Shown here in pieces: positions 26,501 through 41,500 of a DNA stretch of 64,000 bases. Origin of the DNA: Yuukianura sp. NJ FZ-2021. Its lineage: Eukaryota. Both the position numbers and the translations under genes were made by a program. Each line of letters begins with the position of its first letter. Positions within the stretch are counted from its first letter, which is position 1. The DNA is taken from NCBI GenBank assembly GCA_046563655.1, contig CM102286.1:5704001-5768000 (forward strand), given 5' to 3'. A model generated the notes under the pieces. The model was not told the DNA's origin. It worked only from the letters and a program-made list of their open reading frames with translations, and did not search any database.

Positions 26501-29500
26501 CTTCTGGAATTCCTTCGTACTTCTGATGTACCTAATAAACACCTTCTGGTCTTTAAGTCAACAATTCCTTGGACTCAAGCACTAAACAATTACCAAATTA
26601 TGATGCTGATCATGGTTACTGATCACGAGAGATGCTAATCCGTCTCTTTTGTATTTGCCAGGAGTCACTTCCTTGACAATGTACTTCCCTTGACCATAAC
26701 CAAAAAATGCTAAAATTTACGTCATTTAAATTGGTTAGAAATTCCGTGTTCTTAATCTTCGGAAGTGATCTTCCAATTGCTGTTGGCCTTAAACTTACAC
26801 GTAATGTGTTATTCACCACTAAAAAGCGAGCGTTATGTGCTCATAAGTCCCTAACGCCAAGATCGTTTTTCAAAGTCATTGTCAAAGCAGAGATCAAAAC
26901 CTCAAAAACCACAAAAGAGCCTTGAGATCAAACAGGTGAGAGAAAAGTGCTTTATGAAAGAAGACGAGAGGCGTCAAGCATCAAAAGCATCTCACTTTCT
27001 AATTGCAACTAATGGACAACACGAGCTCTCCAATTGCTCAACTTTTACGTAACTCTAACATCTTGCCCGTCATAACTACGTATCATGCAAGAAAAAAAAA
27101 TTACTGAAAAAAATTTCTCGAGTCATTGACCACGAACAATTTTTTTTTGTAGAAAAGTCTTTTTTTTTGCAAACTTGACTGTGAAAACTGAGAGCTCAAC
27201 AAGCTTAACAAAATATCACATCGACTAAAAAACGAACTCAAGCTAAAAAATTCACATCAGCCTGCCAATTTTTTTGAAAAACAGGATTTGCAAAATTTCT
27301 TACCTTTTGGTATGGAATGACGTACTACCTCCTTCTCCCAAGAGCCATAGGTCGTCTTCAATATTTCTGTCATCTTCTTGTTCGTCCCTGGCGTCCAAGG
27401 GGAAGGAGGCACCTGAGCTGGAATATCTGCAAACACAAATTCAAAAAAAAGTTGAAAATTTTGTAAAATTTTGAAGAAGAAAGCCATCACAAAACAACTG
27501 CAAAGTTGTAATTGCACCGCGTTGACTTTTTTCGGCTCATTTTGGAATCATTTGTAGTAAAAAAGATTTAAAAAATATATCACGACATAATTTAGACATG
27601 AAGTAAAATTTGACATGGGAATCAAAATTTCTTTGAACCGCAAACTCGTTCAGCGTAAATCATACATTCACGGAAAAATCTTAACTTTAAAAAACTTCTT
27701 TTTTTAAAAATGTATTTTCAAACAATTCTATTAGCTCTCCTGCATCGCAAGAGGATGATGAATCTGGGGGATGACAAAACTAGCTTATTCAGACCCAAAA
27801 TACACTCCCTGTGAAATGACAATTTTCAAACAGTCCCTTGCCTCTTTTTTTAAATAATACATTTCCCAATGGTAAAGTGAGATTTTGTCTCCTTGCTAAA
27901 ATAAACAAGTACTCAAGTAAAAACGAAGATCCCTCCCTAAAGTAAACTCATTATTTCATTCAAAATCACGTCTCCACAACCATTCGTTGAAAACAAAAAC
28001 CATTTATAAACTTCCAAATGACAAAATCCAAAAAAAGTTAATCTTCTCAAAGAAAACAAACCGAAAGCGATTAGGCTCTCTCTTAAGTTTGGCTTTTTAA
28101 AGTGCAAAAAAACTATTGATTTTTTTCATAAAAATTTTACAGGAAGTTGGTTTATAATGCTGGGAACAAACACTAAATTGATTCACGTATTGAAGGTATT
28201 TAACAAAATGTCCCTCTGACGCATTCTAACACATTAACCTATTCTTACCAAAAATCTTTCAAAAGATAAAATTTCTAAAGTCGAAAAAAAACTTTTTAGT
28301 GTGAAAAATTTGTTCAAATTTGTTCATTTTTTGGACGACCACCAAGTGGAGCGTGAGCCTAATGTAAGGTTCACTGCAACCTACCTGTTTCTTTTCTTTC
28401 AAATCTCATTTGCGGTGTACTTTGACCAAAGACATCCCAAGGTCCGACTTTTGTCTTTTTGAGCTTTACCGAAAGCGCGGCTTTGTTTAAAAAAGACAAA
28501 AGGCACTGCACCGCACCATTATTCGGCTAAAAATTGATGCTAACCTAACTTAGACGTTATTTCAAAAATCAAAAATCCCCGGGAAAGTTTCTCAGAATTG
28601 TATTATTAATTACATCAACAGAAGAAATGAAGTTTTTGAGCACACTTTGAGCCCCTTTAAGGCAGTTTTTGAGGGATAATGAGTAAGTGGCAGGGAACAG
28701 TAGTGGGGAAAGTGTTTGAAATAGTCAAACAGATGCACTGCATCCCTTAAGTACAGCCGCCTCAAGTCATCTTCTGTTCTACTAATCTTAAGGGATCTAA
28801 AAATATACACACTAACTTAAGGTCTGTTGCTCCCACAGGTTTGACCTTTCCAAGGGAACACGAGCGCCTGGTGACCATATGATCTCTGGGAGCCTTCTGC
28901 AGCACAATGTATACAGCAGCAGAATGCCTAGGAGAGCCCTTAAGAATGAGATGAAGGCAGGTAGGGATCTTGGGCAGCACAAGTGGCTCTGGCCAAAGCA
29001 CTCAATCGAAGCGAAGTCTCCTAACCAGAAAAGCATTGGAAAGAAATTTACCACAGTGCCCAGCTGACACGGTGCCGTGGCCATGGACTTGGAGAAATGT
29101 TTCCACTGGTCCCTTCATAAGGCCTCATGGGTACTTGAATAATGCCCTTAATTTCATCTCTCTTCCAAAACAGCATCTTGCATCCATGCCAAAGTAATTG
29201 TATGGATAAGACAGAAAAGAGACTGAAGATTACGTTAGAAAACCACAAAACTATAAACACTCCTAATGCCTAAACTGAAGCAACAACCAATCAAACCAAT
29301 TTAACTAGTCAAAATTTATCACAAATTCAGTACAAACTTTTTTCAAACAAAACTACTCAAAATAAGTTAAAATATTGAAAATAAATTGAATTGACAGAAA
29401 TAATTAGCCGACAATTAAAACCAAATTCAAGTTAACTTTTGGTTTAAATCCGCATTAATCGTGGTTAATTTCTACGCCAAACGTTCTAACTCAAAATTAC

Positions 29501-32500
29501 AAAATTCACAACAATTTTTAAAAGTTTTGGCAATGCCTCGCTATTTTTTTTTTATTTAGCTCTCAAACTGCAAACTTTAAGCAAATTTTGTATAAACTTT
29601 ATGAAAATCAAGCAAGCGCGATTTTAGGCAATCTGCAATTCGCGCAAATTTTTTTTTCGCCACTTTTGAATTCTAAATCCAGCAGTGCGTGACGAAAACA
29701 GTTCAGTCAACAACACAACCTGGAAGGATTTTAAAAAAACGTTGTCTGCCGACAGAATGAATCACGGAATGCATGTATGGTGACAAGGGACTTCCGGCGT
29801 ACAGGAGTTCACAAAGGTAAAGTACCCCGTTTTGACACAAGCTAAGGGCTCTTCCCTATCACAACCAGCAGGACTAAAGTAACAAAGAAACTTTGATGCC
29901 AGAATGATACACTTTTTCGAAATGCCATCATTAAAAATCCTTCTGATTCTCCCTAGATTTCTAATGTGAGGCATCAATGAGTCACAGGGTGAGAAAAAAG
30001 TTCACGCACCATCTTGGATGGGACACAAACGTCTTCATTCATTTCACAAGCCAAAAACGACCAAGTTTTGTGCGGGTATTCTCAAATGTGTTTTTGTAGC
30101 AACAGCATCCCTCCTTCGAATCTTCTACATTTCATTCATTCACACATCCAGTACTGCAGAAGTGAGCTGGAGCAGGACTAATAACAGATTTTTGGGGTAG
30201 GACGCTTACGCTTTAGGTTAGTCCTGATGACATGGTAGGGAGTAAGTCTTCAAGAACCAAAAAAAATCTAAAGTCCATATGTGCTCCCATGTCTCTGGAA
30301 ATTTAAGAAGCTCAAAAAGAGACCATACGACCACGGCTGTATCAACATCAATCCTTGCCAAAATATATAACGCCTGTCTTACATAAACTCCAGCACTACT
30401 GCCTAATTTCCAGCCTCGCACTAACTTTTTTGACACTTTGAACAAAATATTGAAAAAATGAAAATCAAACACCTTTCAAATCATCTTTTAACCTGACTGA
30501 CACCTTTTGACCTAAATTTGTAGAAACTTGTTGACAAAAATGTCAGAAATTGTACTTGCAAATTTTCAACTTCACAAAATGTCTTCAAAAAATCAAAGAA
30601 TGTTTACGGCAACTTCAAAATTTTAAAAATCTTGACACTTAATCTCACCTTTTGAACGTCCACCACCGGATTTAAGTGCTCTCAAACCGACGAGAAGTCC
30701 TCCTGACCCCACTGAGTCAATGTACATTACTTCTACTGTTTCCAAAAATAGGCTCACACGATGAGTCAGTTAGGCGCAAGGAAGAGAAAGTTAACTTTCT
30801 CCCGCAACTTCAATTCAAGAACAAGATCTCATGCACGTCTAGCAGCCAAATTATGAATGGCACAACTTTCAAAGTTTGTCAACTTCCGACAAATTTTCAA
30901 AAATTTTCAGAATCCTTTTCAGAAACAACGGCTGTGTCCAGCCGTTCAAAAGTGTCCAGAACTTGTGCTTCTGCTTGAACTTAAGTTAGGTCAAGATATG
31001 CTGAAGTTTGTGTCGACAAAATGTGGTGACACGCGTGCTACACACCTAAGGGCTCACTTCCAGCCTACTTTTACATGTCTTCTGTACACTTCCAGCGTTA
31101 GGCAACAACTGAGAACCAAAACAAAAGATTCGGTGGGCAGAGGAAGAGCGGTGGCGGGGGACTTGGGAGATCTCCTACTCCTCCTCCGTCAAGGAATTAC
31201 CTAAACCTCGAATCTTCTCCAAACCAAAACCTAACAATTTAACGCTAACATAAGGCTAGCTACTCGATTCTGAAGTTTCTGAAGCTCCAAGGCTCCCCTG
31301 TTCCTTATTTGGCCTTATCGGCTGTTCTAGAAGACAATGGCAACACACGATCGACTGAGGAGGTGATCTGTGGATGTCCCTTGGGAAGATTCCGCTCTTC
31401 TGAGAGGCGGACGAAGATGAGGGCTGGGCCGTGAGACGCTTCTGCTTCAATGTTCTGTCTGATCCAACCTCAGAGGACTTGCTCAGTTTGTGCTAAGCAC
31501 CCAAGCGAAACTCCTTCCAACCACTCCGAACCAACCCTCTTAAGGCCAGCAGCATTCCGGACTCCAAATGACTAGCTTTTAGACTAAACTCCATCTCGCG
31601 TCTCTTCATCCGCACTAACAAGTCTGCTGTAAATGTGCTGGGACTGATAGGGAAAACCGCAGCTTACTCTCTGACCTCTAATTGATCTTCTGACCTCATC
31701 TGAGGACAAAACAAAAGACGCATAGCTAACCGCCGCAACATGCAAACTACGCAAGTATTTCTTGAACCGGGAAATGCATGTTGCGCTCCAGTATCTTAAA
31801 TTATCCCACAATAATAGAAACAACGGAAGCAGCCGAGCTGTTGGTAGTCCAACCTTTGATCAGATTAGAAATATTTTGGCCTTGAATTTCCTTTGCCGTT
31901 TGTGGATGGTTCCCACTTGTAAAATTTTTTATGCTTATAGTGTTGGTAACTACCGCAGTAGCATTTTATATTTCGTGGGATACAGTGCAAATAACTTTAT
32001 AGTACGAGTGTTTTGGAACTGAAAGTTGTGATATAACAATGCAACTTTTAGTTCTTTCTTACTGTCCATGCTAAATTATGTGATTCTTAAGAATAAATTG
32101 AATCTCAACCGTGAAGGAGTACCTACTGAGCCTCTGAGTTTCAATATGGACAGTGTCAACTGCTGGATCCGCAGAAGCATCCAACCAAAAAATATGAAAG
32201 CTGCCACAAGTACGTGGAATTTATAAACTCAAACACTTTTTGCCAAAATTTGAAAACAAATTTGAAAAAAAAAATTCAAACAAAACCTTAATAAAAAAAT
32301 GTTTGTTTTTTTTTTTTTCATTAAAAAACTACTAAACCGAAATTTTATCTTTCAGGTAGAAAACATAATTTCTCGAAAACTAAAAATTACAGTTTTGCAT
32401 CTGCCTAATTATAAACTTTGAAAAATAGAGTTTCGAAAACGAAAAGTAAAAGTTTCCCAATTCGAAAACTGGAAAAACAACACAAAAAATTGTGATTTCA

Positions 32501-35500
32501 TTATAACAAAGAGGGTTATGGACCTGGACATCCCCATCACCTGTACCACTGCATTTGGCAAGTGAAGCCTAGTCAAGGTTATGACACAAAGTCAGTAGCT
32601 CGAAACAGAAGCCGTTTTCAGTTTCAAACACAAAAGCAACAAAGCCCACCTGTCAGGCAGAGTAATAATCTCGGGGAAAATTTTCAGAAAACAAAACTAA
32701 AAAAAAAGTGAAGCCTCTCGGAATAAGAACCCAGTAGCATAAATAATTCCGCTTGAAGCGAAACTAATGAGTTTCACATATTTAAAAAAAAAAGCTAGAA
32801 AAAACACAGTTTTCCTCATGTAAAGCTCGATGGAACGGCCAAGTAGAATAAAGTGCAAGATGATGTGAATAATTCAACTGAAGCGACAGAGTGCAAAAGT
32901 CTGGTCTAAAAAAAATCAACATCTCAGGGAATACTTGGAACATTTTGTATAAATTTTATACAAAAAAACTATAGTATGGTTGGAAATGCGTGTCCCTACG
33001 TTATGTTACGACCAGTTTTTGTCCAGAACATCCCAGGTATGAATGAAACCCAACGTGGTGATTGGTGTGAGAGTTTCAAGTCCCTTCAAGGGGTCACCGG
33101 AAGTTGGGTGTAGATTCTCAGGGTACTTTTTCGTCGTATTAATATTCTGATGCTGACAATTTTAAGCTTTCATACAAACTTTGATATACTCCATTGCCCT
33201 TCGCGCACAAGCCATTCAAAAACATAATGTAAAATGGAAGCTGGAAACCTTAGAAGATGCTATGTTCTTCTGTTCTCCATTCTGCATCGCATGAGTCCAA
33301 AATCTTAAATAAAAAAGTGGCCTCAATTTTCCCGTCACGAATTCAGCTCCAGAAAATTTTATGAATGAAAAGTTTGTGCCAAGAAAAGACACACGGTGGT
33401 GAAAAGTTCCGCTTCAAAACTCAAGAGCTTTCCACGTAATAATAAAAAAGTGTTTTGAGCAAATTGAGGTCATTTTCAAAAATCGTTGTTCCGTAAATCA
33501 AAAAAATATGAAAAAGCTTCAAAATTTTGCCAATTTCAACAACTGTTGGAACACAACACACATTCTCCTTCGTACTATATTTTCCTAAAGGAACTACATT
33601 TCAAACTTGTGTTTTTCAAAATTTCAAAAGTGATGTTTTCTACTTTTGAAAACTCTATGTTCTTACTCTACAAAAGTGTTTTGTGCAGATAAATCTAAAG
33701 GTTAGGCTAATCTCATAATGTTACCACAACTTTACCCTAACATTTTCTGAAACAAATGACAAAGCTGAAAAGTTGACAGGGAAAGTTGACAAGCGACCTT
33801 TCTCTGACAAAACAAAAACAAAAGAAGGAAGCTTTGGCTGACAAGCCCCTGCTTTGTAGCCTATGAAATTGAAACTGACGCTCATCTGCTAAAAGTGTGG
33901 AATTGATAACTTAAGACGTACAGATTAAAAGTCTTGGAAAAAGTAAGAGGAAGTGTTCAGTACTTACTTCAAAACCGGGCTGCTAGTGTCCGATAAAACC
34001 GTTTCAAATCAACCCTGGGACTCAAAACCTTCGACTAGCTCTGTAATCCCTCATTTCTTCAGTTCTTATCAAAATTCTTGTGGCTTTTGTTTCAAATGAC
34101 ACTCATAATAACAAGTAGTTTCAAATTTCTAATAAGAAATGGCCTCTCTTAGGTTTATCGGGTTCTTATGGACATCGTGTCCTCCTCTCCAAGGAACAAA
34201 CAGTCTATAAAACCTAACTTAAGTTAGTTAGATGGCTAACAAAACCAAAAAGACTAACACTCCTTATCTATTCTCGGAAAATGAATTTGACCATTTGACC
34301 AAAATGTAACAGTTGATGAAGTTCACTTTGAATTACAACGCACAAAAATTGTTAAAAAAAACTGACACATTTTTTTGGCAAATGGCCGCAAATAAAAAAA
34401 AAAAGAGGTTGGATGAGTCGGAGCCTTCAAGCTTGCAATATTCCCAATTTTTTTAGTCTCCCGGAAAGTAATGAAGAAAATCATCAATACATTTTTATCT
34501 GCACTACTTAAGCCTAACCAAAAGTAAAAGTGGAAAGTCAAATGTTACAAAATGTTATGCATGACATATTAATATGTATAATTGTTGGATATTTTGAACA
34601 TGTTAAATATAAAATATAAAAGTATAACGTTAGATATAATATTGAAAATGACCTGTGCAAGATGGGTATACTATAATTTGCAAACCGAAGAAAAATCAGA
34701 TTCAGTTCATTTTGAAACATTCTAGAGGAGTAATTTTCGTTTCTAGCTCATTGCCATTATGCTTGATCTCATGAAAAATTTGAAGTCATGAAATCTGCAC
34801 AAAGGCTTTAGCTAAAATCGCAGTTTCGCCCGTGAAGATCCCCTTGAAATGGTAGAATGACATGCATATGAATGAATAACTACTGCACTACCACCTGTGA
34901 CTTGTCGCCCATAATTTAGGAGGCCTCCACCCTGCTACATCCGCTTTCTTCTTCTTCTTGTCAAACATCAACAGTTTCCAATGCAAAAGAATCAAGTGGG
35001 CACGTATGATTAGTAGAAGAATACAAGAATTACTCCAACTTCTACCTAGTATGACGACAGCCATTTGAACTACAGTCTTTGTCTCCCTTTGTACTTTTGA
35101 GTTAGCAACCCCATACGAACGCCAAGACACAAGTAGGTTTCTAACGGCTTTTGACCCCGAAAGCTACACAAAACCCCTTTGTTTACTGGAACCCCTCCAC
35201 CGGAAGGAACATAATCATAACAAAAATACACCTTCAATCACTACACTTCATCACAACAACCCCTACCCACTTCACACACAAAGCATCATACCTCAATTCA
35301 ATCCCCATTCACCAATTACCGTCCTTCAATTTATGCTTTTGCGCACTTCGCCATTTCTCCGTATTTGTGCACGTCAAATTTGCTGTATTCCTACGTTTGC
35401 GCTTTGCGCATCTAAAATTTGCTAAGTTTTCGTACTTACAAAGTTCCAATTTTTACAAATTTTTGTGTTTGTACCTCTCTAATTTTTCATTTTCTTCGTT

Positions 35501-38500
35501 TTCCCATGTTTTTGTACTTCTTTTGAATCAAATTTGTGATTCGTTTTAAAATTCGTAATTTCTAGATTTTCTAGAATTTCTGCATTTCTCAAAGAGTATC
35601 TCAAATTTGCGATTTGCATATTTCAAATTTGTAACTTTTAATTTTCTGAATTCTAGCGTATAAAATTTGTAGCTTGCTGCACTTGAGTATCTCAAATTCG
35701 CCGTTTGATTCATTAGCTAACACCAAATCTGTTATTTTCTGAAACTGTGCATCTCAATTTTCCTTAAATGGTGAAGCAAAATTCCATCGTAAATATAAGG
35801 AATTGGAATTGACACGAATTTTGAAAAATGCTTAACGTAAATTAAGAACGAAACAAAGCATTTCTGCTGTTTAGACTTTGAAACAGAGGTAGGAACACTT
35901 ATTGTGTAATCAGTGACAACTATACAATTGATTGCTACCAAGGAAAACAATTAGAGGAACTGCAGAATTTAGCCTCGAGTGGTGCAATCCCTCCCATGTC
36001 TTTTGAACATTTCGCAATTAATTTGTACTTTGATGGAGTCCGTGACAGAACAATGGATTTCCACAATTTTAGACTTCGAACTGGCATAGAAAAGGAGAAT
36101 ACAAAGGGCAATGGATTACTATTTAGTACTAGTGAATTCTATTAGGCAAAAGAGGAACCGTCATTTTGTAAATTGTGGCTTTAGTTGGTTGAGCATGAGA
36201 ATTCGAAACGTTTTGGATGAGTGAAAATCCAGGCTAACTTGTCATTTTCAAAAGGGCGGTTAATTAATATCCAAACCCAGCGGGGTAATATTTACAAAGT
36301 TTCAGAAAAAATTACACAAGACCACAAAAAATTACGCAAAAACTCCAAAACAATGTTTTTAAATTCACAAAGCGAATAGCAGCACAAGTTTAGCTTCCTT
36401 TCACAAAATGTAAAAGACATGTTTAAAATTTATCAAAACCCAAATCGTCTCGAACTTATTATCATAGTGTTTCTTCGGAAAACTGTTTTTTTTTATTCAA
36501 AACTTCTGACGCCAGGCTCTTGTAAGTACAAAACTCACCCCATTTCGGGACAGTAGGATCTTTGTGAGGGTGGAGTGCCAAGTACTACATATTTCTGAGT
36601 AGTCGGAATCTCACGGCAATTGAATCTCTCGATGTTGTCCAATGAATTGTGATGGAAGAGATAGTTAAGTTGGAATAGTTGAGGTAATCCCCCTGGATCC
36701 CTTGGAAAGTTCAATCTATGAGAAAGCACCATCCGTACTTCCGGCCATCAAAGCACCCCCTCCCTCGACACTTCCCTTTGTCCAAGGGCCCCCATCCCTT
36801 ATCCACTCTTTCCCAAAGACAAAGGAATTCATTCAAAACCAAACAGGACCGGTTCCATGTATACCAAAAATCAACTTTTGAGAGACTAGATGAATAGTAA
36901 TTAGGCAAACATACACAAAAAGATCAAAAACCGTAACATTATTTACAACTTTTCAAAAAGTGAATCTTGGGAAACTAACAAAAATCACGCATCACCGACA
37001 ACTAAAAAAATCACTTCAACTTTGAGCCAAAAAATCTCGAAAAAGCAAATTAAAGTTGTACATTATAGGAAGCAAATCATCATGCGTGCTAATGTACAAC
37101 CCACTAAAATCCATAAAAATTAAAAGTGCGAACATTTTTTCTTTTTGTATTTTTTGTAAATGTAACAACGTTTTTCCTGTGCAAATAGTCTAATTTCTGA
37201 CATCATAAGTGAAGCTTTTAGTTTAACTTCAAACTTGCAAAAAGACTTTTTAAGTGTTTTTTTTCCTTTAATTTCTATTTTACACTTTCTGTGAAAACAA
37301 CAACAACCATTTGAAAAGTCTATTGTTATTTGACGTGTAATCTATAAATGTTAATGGTTGAGATACTTATCAAGTCTCAAACACTTTTCGGTAACATTCC
37401 CACGCTCTACACTTTCCCATGGAGTGGAGGTATGGCTACAAGTCCAGTGAGGCACAGAGTGTAACTCCCCCTTCAAAATTAAATAATTACCAAGTCATTC
37501 CATGCCTCCACTGTTTCGCGGGGGAGAACAATACAAATGTAACAGGTTTAAAATTCCGTCATATGGCAAAAAACGAGTAATTCCTAACAATCAACCACCG
37601 AATCATTAAACTCTCCAATTCAAAATACACCCGATTCCTGGGAACTCAATTCCAAAGTCAAAATCATTCTAGGTATAGTAAGGGGGCTGTTCAGGAATTC
37701 GCTCCCACGCTACTCCAAAGTAACCAACAGTCATAGCATGACAAGTTTTTCAAAACATAAACTTTCACTTTACAAAAATTAAAGTTGAGCAGCAACTCCT
37801 ATCTATCATTAATTATTTCTCTTCTACGTCCTAAGACATAAATTTATTTTTCAAAAACAGACTTATGCTGCGCTTAAAAATTTCCAAAGTTGAAAAACAA
37901 CAGTTCCTGGAAGTAAAATCCTCCCCTTAAAAACATCTATTTAGATGAAAACTCTTGAAAATTTGTTAAGGATGAGTAAGAAGCTGCTGAATGTGAAGAG
38001 TTCTAATCAAACCCAAAGTTCTATAGTCCACTTCGTCGTAACAAACTTAAGTTATTAGTCTCATTTGAAACAATTGTTCTCTACTTTAAAGTCCCATGTA
38101 AATTAAGAGTTTAATTTATCTTCATTCATTATCACATCCGCTCTCCAAACTCCTTATTAAAATTGGGGATACTCAATGAACAAATTAAAAATAAAAATTT
38201 AAACTTTTCTCTGAAGATCATTCAAGGACTCATTCATTTCCAGAATTTACGATTAACTGCACGCATGACAAGGCTAGAAAAAAAAACTGGAGTGACAAAT
38301 AAATTTTTTTTCTCCCAATTTTCGATTAATGGTGCTTGGTGCACAAATATCCAAATTTGAACTAAATTCTAAAATTTCTTAACTCCAGTTTGTTTTGCCA
38401 AACTGAAATTTCACAAAGTACAAAAAAAATCATAGAGTTACCAAGACGATTTTGATTTTTTTACTTTTAACTAGAGTGGACATTAGGCATTTTTTCAACA

Positions 38501-41500
38501 AAATTTTTTTAATATTTTTTTAATGTTAATAATTTTTTTGTTTATTTTTAAAAATCTTTGAAAAAAATATTCTTTTTTGTTTTGAATTCTCAAAAAAAAA
38601 GTTTAAAATCTAACGGTATCCGCCAAAATGTCTCCAAAACACAATTCCGACATGCATTCCTGCTCTAACAATACTTTTTTTAAACGACATCATGTGTTTG
38701 ATAGGGCATAAGCCATCAAATAAAACTGATTGATTTAAACGGCATCAACATAACACTTACTAGCACCTCCGCAAATCCTATCGGATTTTAGCAAAGTAGC
38801 GCCAGATCTTAAGTTTAGCGTTGCTTTTTCAAGGTTCGACAGCAGTGAAACCTTGTGTGAAGAAAGCTCAACTTTTATGCCACAGTATTTTATATGTTCA
38901 CTTCCCAACAACGACCAACAAATAGTGTGATTTTAGTCCGCTACGTGGCGCTACAGATTGTGGCATGACTTCACCGTTTCAAATTCATACTTTCCCTGTT
39001 AACACTTTCACAAGGGTGGGCATGAAAGTTCTTTAGGTACAGAGTACAAAGTGGTGCCGCCGAAAATCAAATTCACACGTCTACCTTACGTAAATGGCGT
39101 TCACACCAAACTGCACTAATTTCACTTTTCTTGGAATGTACACACGACCATTGCGAGACTTCTGTCGCTGCAAGAAAAAACTGGGCTAAAATCAATACTA
39201 AAAGTAACTTGCTCGTGTAGAAAGTGACCAACAGGGCCGCCAAGTTTGTGCAAAACTTTAAATTTGCAAAACAAACCATTTGCATAATTACTTTGTTCTG
39301 GAAAAAATTACATTAAAGTAGGCGTGTCATTCGGGTTATTTCGTCTAAGTGGCCAACAATTTAATGTAGAACAAAACTTTTACAATAATTTTCAAAAATA
39401 AAGTTTTCCTATTTTCAAATTCAAAAAACGTAAACATCAAAAAACGAACAAACTCGGGCTTCAAACCTTGAAACTTTATGGCTTCTTCGTTGTGAATGTT
39501 CCGAGGAAAACGACATAATGTACGTTCCATACACTTACGCTAAATGTATTCAAACGACACTTTTGGCATTAAGCGACACGCGCGTTCAACGACGCTAGAG
39601 GTGTGAAGTCAACACTCCCAATATGGAGAAAGCGTGTGTTACTTGTAAGTATCTGTAATCTCTAAAATCAGCATGAGAGATTTGACATTCAGATTAACCT
39701 CTTCAACATAATAGACTAAATTAGCCTCAACTTAGCACTACGGTCCTGCGTCATCCAAAGTACACCAAAAATCATTTTTAGAACAACTTCACACGTCAGG
39801 GCCAGTCAAAAATCCCAGTTGTGTTGGTATTCTTCGCATTTTGTGGTCCAGACAAACACACCATGCGCAAATCACAAACCAAAATCGTCTGTTTTTTTTT
39901 TTGTGTAGATTTAAATTTTAGAACAATAAAACCTATTCAGAAGAACACCATTGGCCAATTCGTGGACGGAATTTCACATTTAACAGTTAAAAAACAAAAT
40001 CAAGTTCAAATTTTCAGAATAAGGTTTTGAAAAGATGAAAGAAAATACTTCTTTAAATTCGTTCCGTTTTCAACTTTCAAATTCTTGCTTTTAAAACAAA
40101 GGCAAAGCTTAAGTCCACGCATAACCATCACCTTGACTCTCTTTCTTCAAGTTTCAAAACAAATTATGTTCAAAGGGACCTAAATTATTCCCAAGTCTCC
40201 AAGTAGGAGCCCTTTGCTGTAGGTATAAGTCCCTCAGACACTGACATAATGACGTATACCCAAAAAGTGTTTGGCCTCTACCTTCTTAGCTTAGCTTTCA
40301 AAATTACAAGCTTTCCAGAGTCTCAATGACCCTACTACTGTTTAACTTACGTAAAACTGACTTTCCATCATCCCTTTGCCTCTGGGCCCTTAGAAAAAGT
40401 TATGAATGAACCGAGAATGAAGGGCAGTGGAAGTGCCCTGAAGCTGTTTCCATGACTTCGTTCTTACGAGTATACGCATCTCCTACGTTGTACGTATACA
40501 CTTTTCAAAAACTTCAAAAAAGCTTCAATTTCTTCAAACCATTATAATAGTACACAAGGAACTTTACTACCGTAATCCTACCCAAGTGCTCAACGATTGT
40601 CCAGCTCCATGTAAATACTAAGAAAAGAACGCGTAAACCTACGCTAAACGTGACGCAAAGCTAAGAATGAATGAATGAACCTACATACATAGTGTATACT
40701 AACCTATTCGTAGTGTTTTTCTTTCAACTTTCCCCGTAAGCGTATCATCTTACATGTACAAAAGACCTTACTAATAATCAATGGTAAATTTAGCTTTCTC
40801 GGATCTAGAATTTCAAAGCTAATCCACCGACCAAAAAACACAAAAGCAACCGCGGGAACATTAATCACATGACTAATATACCAAAATTACTCGTCAGCTC
40901 CCTGTTTTTAACTTCACTGACCAAAACACGCATGAGGTCGATCAGGTTCAAATACACAAGTCTGACTAATTACAAATTTCTTCCCTCTTTTCGTTGACGT
41001 TCACTCTAACCTCTAAAAACCTAACCTGAACATTGACGCAAACCTAAGCTGGAATACTTAGAAATTTGTGACGCTTTCGAACTCGAAATGCTCAGCTTTA
41101 ATTCTAAACCTGCAGTTGTACAATTTTAAATCTGGACACACGCAACCTAGTGAAAGACGTTGTTGGAGGCGGTAAAACCACATTACGACATTTATCACGC
41201 AAAGCAACACTTTCCCTGTTTAAAAAAAAATTTCTAAAAACCATGCTTTTTTCATTCACCCCCACCTTTACCATAAAGCAGTTTCCCCGTTCCGTTCCTA
41301 TCGATTCTCAACACCTATTGTATGTAATTCCGTACTAAAAAGCTAAAGACCAAAATTATATAAAAAGCCTCTTTTCCCGCCTATTCTTAAGAACGTGAAT
41401 TAGTCACCCAAAAAATGATATATTTCCTCACTAACAAATCCAAACCCTACAAACCATAAATCCTACTTTCTGGAGGAGTTAAATTTGTCACTTCAGTTAC

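Noticed and set aside
28610..29260. GC-richer patch with overlapping ORFs on both strands
   Set aside because: No strong in-phase splice sites or recognisable protein motif; may be regulatory or UTR, but unsupported.
35330..35710. Recurrent AAATTTG/GAGTATCTCAAATT words and a 132-aa ORF
   Set aside because: Degenerate T-rich low-complexity sequence with no clear termini or period; the ORF is not protein-like.
36535..36732. 65-aa minus-strand ORF ending at a GTGAGT donor, as a possible pnt first exon
   Set aside because: The donor falls in phase 2, incompatible with the next pnt exons (phase 1); no recognisable homology.
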